64,000 bases of DNA, from contig CP110440.1 in NCBI GenBank assembly GCA_026914245.1, forward strand, positions 2,604,001 through 2,668,000, read 5' to 3'. The stretch is from Puccinia triticina (Eukaryota). The position numbers and the translations under genes were made by a program. A model generated the notes under the pieces. It saw nothing but the letters and a program-made list of their open reading frames with translations, had not been told where the DNA came from and ran no database searches. Below are positions 57,754 to 64,000 of the stretch, one piece after another (the first letter of the stretch is position 1; the number at the start of each line of letters is the position of its first letter).

Positions 57754-60408
57754 CTTAACCCTCTTCAACTCCTGATATCAATCAGCATATCCCATAATTT
57801 CCCAATGGCAACCTTTGACATAAGCTTGGTGTATTTGTATTCTCCAATTGAGGAAGAGGTGTATATCCAACCTCCGGTTGAGATCACTCCCTCACTAAAG
57901 GGGAGAGTCATGCACCTTAAAAAAGCTCTTTATAGGACAAAGCAGGCGGCTCGCTGCTGGTGGAAGTTCTTTCACAAAATGGTCCATGATCTGGGATTTG
58001 AAGCAAGCAAGATTGAGCCTTCTTTGTATCTCTTTTGTCGCAATGGACACTTCATCATCATCTGGCTTCATGTCGGCGATGGTTTTGCTCTCTCGTCGAA
58101 CAGGTCCTTACTCAATGAACTGCGCCGGGGGATGGAAACTCAACTCAAAACCAAATGGTCAGACAATGTGCAACGTCTTGTGGGTATCAACTTTAAGTGG
58201 GATGGTCCAAGATTGAAGCTGAAACAATCGATAATGGCTAAGCAAATAGTTGAAACTTATCGTCGATCTTTCTACTAACATGATTGCCCGCTCCCGGAAG
58301 CTGATCTGGAGTCATACTCAGGAGACCCTATCAACCAGACTGAATTCAGATCTGTAATTGGCTCTTTGATGTACCTAGCCTGCGGAACTCGGCCAGACAT
58401 TTCATACGCGGTTAATCTTCTAGCTTGATTTTGTGCGGTGCCCTCGTCCTCCCACTGGTTGGCGTTGTATTGGTTAATTGGTTATTTGGCCAAAACAACG
58501 GAGAAGGCACTGGTTTACGAGGCAAGGCAAGGGGGATAGGCGCTTTGGACCAATGAGAATTGGGGCTGAGAACAGGAAAGATCTGCGACGGGGTACTTGT
58601 TGACACACGACGGAAATAGCATCGCATGGGGGTTAAAAAGGCAAATGGTGGTCGCGATGTCGACATGTGCGGCGGAATACCTAGCATTATCGGAAGGGGC
58701 AAAGCAATTGGCGCATCTCCTCAACATCTTTGAAGAACTTGGTTCTCAACCACAACTGACAATGCATTGCAATAATGAAGCCGCAGTACTCATTGCAACA
58801 GACAACACCTCAAAGAAGAAGACCAAATATCTGCGGCGCGCCTTTTATTTTGTTAATGATTTAATAAGAGAAAACAAAATTGATGTCAAATGGACAAGTA
58901 CGCGAAATCAACTAGCAGATGTATTGACCAAACGCCTTGGACCAACAAAAATGCTCAGCGCGCAGGATCAACTTGGCGTCAATGGGTAGTTTTTGTAATC
59001 TTGGGGGGGGGGGGGGGGGGGTTGTGATGCGACCAGAAAATAACAGAAGATCAAGATTACATAAACTAAGTAGCACATAATCATGTACTTATTCTGTAAC
59101 CTAGTTAGTGATATTCTAGGTAGTTCAACCGGTTAGGGCTAAAACCATGTACTTAGTCTAACTGATCTCGCGCTCTGGCTCCAGTCTCTTTCCTCACCGA
59201 GATTGGAGACCAGATCCGCGAGTGCCAATAGCTAACCCGCGACGGGATTATTTTGTCTAGGTTAGTATTCTCTTTCACTATCTTGATACTATGCAATTTA
59301 TACCAAGATTGGAGACCGGATCCGCGAGTGCCAATAGCTAACCCGCGACGGGACTATTTTGTCTAGCTCCCATTTGCCTGAGGCATCTAATAGTTCTGAC
59401 GGTTCGTCTGCCCGCGGCGGTAACCGTTGGAGATTGGTACACATGTATGTTCAGGTAAATGTTGGGCCAACCAAGCTGTTGGCTGGGCGTTGGAGGTAAT
59501 CCACAGAGCGGGTGCAAAATGTACCCAGGTTAACCTGTCACCGCCAGAGGCCCGGTGGCCCGGGCCGCCATTGCCACCTGCTGGAGGCCCAATCAGCAGG
59601 CACCGATACCCATGTTCCTGCCAGTGGCTCAGCTGCAAGTAGTGCCGATGCCACTTGCATGGACGACTGTGGTGAGCTTGGAAAACTGCCTTGCTCAAGG
59701 GCTACATGTACTGGGGGCAGCCGACCCCAGTTCAAGCCTTGGTGCTGGCAAAAGAAAATTTGCCAGCAGCCGTTGGCAATTCACAGCTCAATCCGTTTGG
59801 TCTTTGGTTTCAAAGCAACCGGTTGACCAACGGTCTGACCACCATGGAGCCACCGACCCGGGTTTCTCAAGGGTTTGCCAACGCCTGAGGGGTTGGCAAG
59901 ACGGTCGAAGAGCTCGGCCGCGGGACCAACGGTCCCAATTTGAGAAAGTGCACCCGTGGTGTACACCCTGCAGCAACATAGCCTCTTTGGCCTCTAGTTT
60001 ATTATATATTCATATTATAGGTGACAGATCACATAGATATCTGTCACCAAAACTGTGACATATTGATTTAATATTATTTATAATTATTTTTATATGTGTT
60101 ACACTGGCTTGCGCTGCGTAGCCGGCTGACAGTTTCACACTGAGGGCCAACGATCCTGGTGGTAGTACTAGGATGCTGTATTTAGATAGGCCAGACGAGA
60201 AACAACTGTTTATTGAAGGTATTGATCTAGGGGTCAGGTTTCAAAGAGTTTTATTCACTTCCAGTTGTTGCGGCAGCCTCAGGGGTGGGGGCCCTGGTTT
60301 TGACCGGCGGTGAGATGGTGCATTTGAGTTCTACAAGTCCTCCAAGCTTCGATGACAAAAGAGCGTGCAAATTTAATCTGGAGGATTTGGTTGGGGGTAT
60401 AGAGAAGT

Positions 60409-61343
60409 TCAGGCCCTTGGAGCTAAGGTACGACAACCATCAGGAACCTTTGGCGGTATGAGCTTGCAGTTACTACACACTGGGAGTTTTCAAGAGGAGG
60501 ATTTTAGCAACTAGAACTCGGTATTTATTGCTCAGAATCCAACGCTTGTACTCACAAGGTCGTTGTAGGTTTTTGTACACAGGGTTTTTTTTAACCGCAT
60601 ATCTAATTGTAGGGCAACTGAACCCACGTTTATCCGCAATAATCCCTATAGCCCAAAGGTTTCACATCAAGGGGGATAAGCTTCACCGTCACTTTTGAAA
60701 AGCAATCAGAGAAGAATTACAATACGCACATACAAGCCCTACCTCATCGGGGGCGCAGAATTGGCCGGGATATGGAAAAACTGTTAATGAATCTTTTGCT
60801 TGAATACCTTTCTTCTCTTCTGATACCGTGGGGTACCATCTGCAATCTCCGAAGGAAAAATCGAAGACTGATGCATAGGAAGACATTAAGGAAAATGAAG
60901 CGGAGAAAAATGAGCATTGTCTTGGTTTTGCACTTGCAAACATTTTACCGAGAGTTCAATGACCGATCAAGACTTACCAGATCTGTTTAGGTCTGGTACC
61001 ATTTGTTCCTCCTCGTCACTGAAAAATTCTGGATGGCATGAAACCCTTTTGCAAAGATGGCGCGAGAAAAGTTCGCCGCATACTGTAGGGAAAGCGATTG
61101 ATGTGTTTCGAAAGTTAGAGCTTGGACAAATTCCTAATGGACTATGATCACAGGATTTGTGAGCTTACCAACACTGTCCTTTGGTTGATTAGGTATCAGT
61201 CCGTCACCAAAGCTTAACTCACATCGTTTAGATGGGATTCTGGGGCGTGGGATATCGGCAAGCTCAACGGCTGGTAGGCCGCCGAGAGCAATCCAGGCCG
61301 AAACGACGTATAATAGGTTCCAGATTGGACCGGCTGGAAACAT
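60409..61343 (-). CDS. Small secreted Cys-rich protein (192 aa, 10 Cys), candidate effector; exons 61343-61169, 61082-60978, 60867-60730, 60645-60556, 60479-60409
   Basis: Hydrophobic N-terminus MFPAGPIWNLLYVVSAWIALGGLPA; four GT-AG phase-1 introns give a 579-nt stop-free ORF; FSC and N..RP.CSNC motifs; last exons conserved in the paralog at 40.8 kb. Confidence 0.78.
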
Positions 61344-61904
61344 GCTAGCGACAAGAGTTCAAAAGTACTTCAAATTTGCTGTCATCAGAGAGGATTTGAG
61401 ATCTTCGGTTTATGTGTATACTTTGTTGTAAGACGGCGAAAAGAAGCCTGCGGCGAAAGAAGACTGCCAGTGGATTCGATGTGAATAAATATGACTATCA
61501 AGATGTCAAATAGGCGAATGCAAACTTCGTCGTGGCGAACAGTGCACCCAGGCGACTTGAGCTGGTGGCCGTCTGTCAGTCAAATTACGAGATGAGTCTC
61601 CATGGACCCTGCAGGACTCTGCCACTCATGTTGTGACTGTAGATTTGTGGTATTGAACACTATAATTCATACATGCATACAGAGTTATAACACAGCACAA
61701 GTCCCGCTTATACAGCCTGGCTGGCGCCCTCCGCAAACAAAGCTGAGAAGGAGACGCGCTTCTGTTCCACTTCGGCGGTTCTGTACTTAATGCGACTAAT
61801 TCGGCCATGTTGTTCAACCTTGACTCGATCCAGATGCTGTGCACGTCTTGCCGGGCATCACTGGACACTCGGAGTCACCGGAATCATATATACACATATG
61901 TTAA

Positions 61905-63428
61905 GGGGGTTGAGAAATCGACTCCCAAAAATTAAAAAATCGACTCCCAAATTGAGTTTACGTCGCGCGGACCGCCGCGCGACGTCTGTCCCGGGTCCCC
62001 ATGACCCAATTTTGACCCGTGGGCATTTTGGGAGTCAATTTTGTAATTCCGCGATCCCAAACGGGAGTCGGAATTTTAATTTCGCAAAAAAATACCGGAA
62101 AATAAAGAAAAATTTATACCTCCGCACTGGGGCACCCAAAGCCCCCCAAAATTTTACAGCACTCTAAATACACTCTTTAGAGAATATTGTGAGCTTCACA
62201 GCATTAGTACTCCTCAGGGAAACCCTGTGTAGTCAGGGGGCGGATTTGGTGGATTTCCCACTAAGGCAAACCCCCAAAACCTTATCTACGGTGCTCCAAA
62301 CAGCCCCAAATTTTTTCTGCTATAAGGATAAGCTCTTTAAAACATATGTTAAGCTTCACGGCATTAGCACACCTCAGGGAGACCCTGTGTAGCCGGGGGT
62401 GGATTTGGCGGATTTCCTACTACCGCAATGTGTCATATCCTGAGATACGGTGATCCAAATGCCCCCAAAATTTTTCTGCCACATAAATACACTCTCTAGA
62501 GCATATTTTATACTTCACGGCATTAGCACACTTCAGGGAGACCCTGTGTAGCCGGGGGGGGGCGGATTTGGCAGATTTCCTACTACTTATCCTCACTTGA
62601 ACCCTCTATATCTTCTGATCAAGAAGCAATACAAAGAAACAGAGGGCTCTCAAAAGATTCCCTGCCCTCTTATCTACCATTACCAACACAGAAAGCAAAA
62701 ATATTCCTAACGGCGTAGGACGGCGCAGAGGAAGAAAACTACGACAATTGCCTTAGTAGGAAATCCGCCTAATCCACCCCCGGCTACACAGGATTTCCCT
62801 GATGTGTAATACCCCCCTAAATCTCAAAATATTTTCTAGAGACTGTATTTATGTGTCAGAAATATTCTGGGGTCATTTGGATCACCATATCTCAGGATAT
62901 GGCGCATTGCGGTAGTAGGAAATCCGCCAAATCCACCCCCGGCTACACAGGGTCTCCCTGAGGTGTGCTAATGCCATGAAGCTTAAATATATTTTAAAGA
63001 CTTTATCATTATAGCAGAAAAAATTTGGGGCTGTTTGGAGCACCATAGATAAGGTTTTGGGGGTTTGCCTTAGTAGGAAATCCGCCAAATCCGCCCCCCG
63101 ACTACACAGGGTTTCCCTGAGGAGTAATAATGCTGTGAAGCTCACAATATTCTCTAAAGAGTGTATTTAGAGTGCTGTAAAATTTTGGGGGGCTTTGGGT
63201 GCCCCAGTGCAGAGGTATAAATTTTTCTTCATTTTCCAGCATTTTTTGCGAAATTAAAATTCCGACTCCCGTTTGGGATTGCGGAATTACAAAATTGACT
63301 CCCAAAATCCCCCCGGGTCAAGATTGGGTCATGGGGACCCGGGGCAGACGTCGCGCGGCGGTCCGCGCGACGTAAACTCAATTTGGGAGTCGATTTTTTA
63401 ATTTTTGGGAGTCGATTTCTCAACCCCC
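61905..63428. mobile_element. Large foldback (long-TIR) non-autonomous DNA transposon
   Basis: Arms ~61905-62585 and ~62754-63428 with internal subrepeats; GGGGGTTGAG...CTCAACCCCC ends; 8-bp TSD TATGTTAA. Confidence 0.92.
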
Positions 63429-64000
63429 TATGTTAATTATGTACAAGATTATGGATAGATGAGGAGTTTAATCCCGGCGGGAATTTGACATAGGAACGCT
63501 GCGAACCTCGACGACAAGCCGTCCACGGCGGGGAGTGGTTGTTGGAGCCAATAGGGCTGATCGGAGTCGACTGACGGGTTCGCAAGGAGACCGTCTCAAG
63601 TACGGACGGGGATGGAGTCTTCTCTTATGTACACCGGCACTGCCCAGCCAAGCACGCTCGGCATTCAGCACCATTACCACCCACAGCCACAGAGAGCCAG
63701 ACGTGTCGCATCGACCATGTCACCTGCCAACCAACAGCGACCGATTGTCGGTTAATCCGCCAAAAACAGCTGCACAGAGGAGCGAGGGGAGTGCGATGAT
63801 AGTGCTAGACCCGCTTACGAAGGTCTATCTTCTGTCGGCGACGAACCTGCCCTCTGCGCCGCCAGGCGCGACGGAAGATGGCCCCGACCACCACGGCCTG
63901 GATATCAAGATCCTCTTCCTGCCCCACCTGATCGCCACTAATCATCCTTGCCTGCATCAGCCGGCAGCGGATGATCTAGGACGGGCGGAACGGGCTGGGT

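Larger units (their letters stand above)
52469..59392 (+). mobile_element. Degenerate Ty1/Copia element (Copia-3) with three nested insertions
   Basis: ~373-bp LTRs 52469-52841 and ~59020-59392; TSD GTTCT; PBS-like GGTTAAAAGCC; poly-G PPT; CIYCGENGHWYPDC, LLNSGASAH, WHLRLGH, GEAERVNRT, LGARWVF, QLADVLTK; many stops. Confidence 0.93.
52418..59961. mobile_element. ~615-bp TA-flanked TIR element (Tc1/mariner-type MITE) split by Copia-3
   Basis: TIR CACCACGGGCGCAC (52418-52431) / GTGCACCCGTGGTG (59948-59961), TA on both sides. Confidence 0.7.

Overview
Eukaryotic, transposon-dominated window, most likely from a rust fungus (Pucciniales, Puccinia-like). This is inferred from the short GT-AG introns, the TE families and a TCG>TTG mutation bias. 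Two apparently intact host genes are present: eIF5 (38229-39715, +, 5 exons) and a 192-aa Cys-rich secreted effector-like gene (61343-60409, -). The pseudogenes are a DUF1765 gene carrying an in-frame inverted triplication and a decayed paralog of the secreted gene. The rest is nested TEs whose ends could mostly be resolved by target-site duplications (TSDs): three Copia elements (one intact and very young), one Gypsy, about 7 solo LTRs, a LINE 3' end, a Mutator-like element, hAT-like/MITE elements and a large foldback. The most notable signals are four. (1) The Gypsy has a near-complete antisense copy of mature tRNA-Tyr as its PBS, four dispersed copies of a ~100-nt putative structured RNA motif, and a UUUUUUA+hairpin -1 frameshift placed after the protease. 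(2) The Mutator-like element encodes a USP-like cysteine peptidase domain. (3) A 17.4-kb Copia nest sits 28 bp upstream of the eIF5 ATG. (4) The DUF1765 rearrangement preserves the reading frame. All coordinates and mismatch counts were read by eye; no searches were run.
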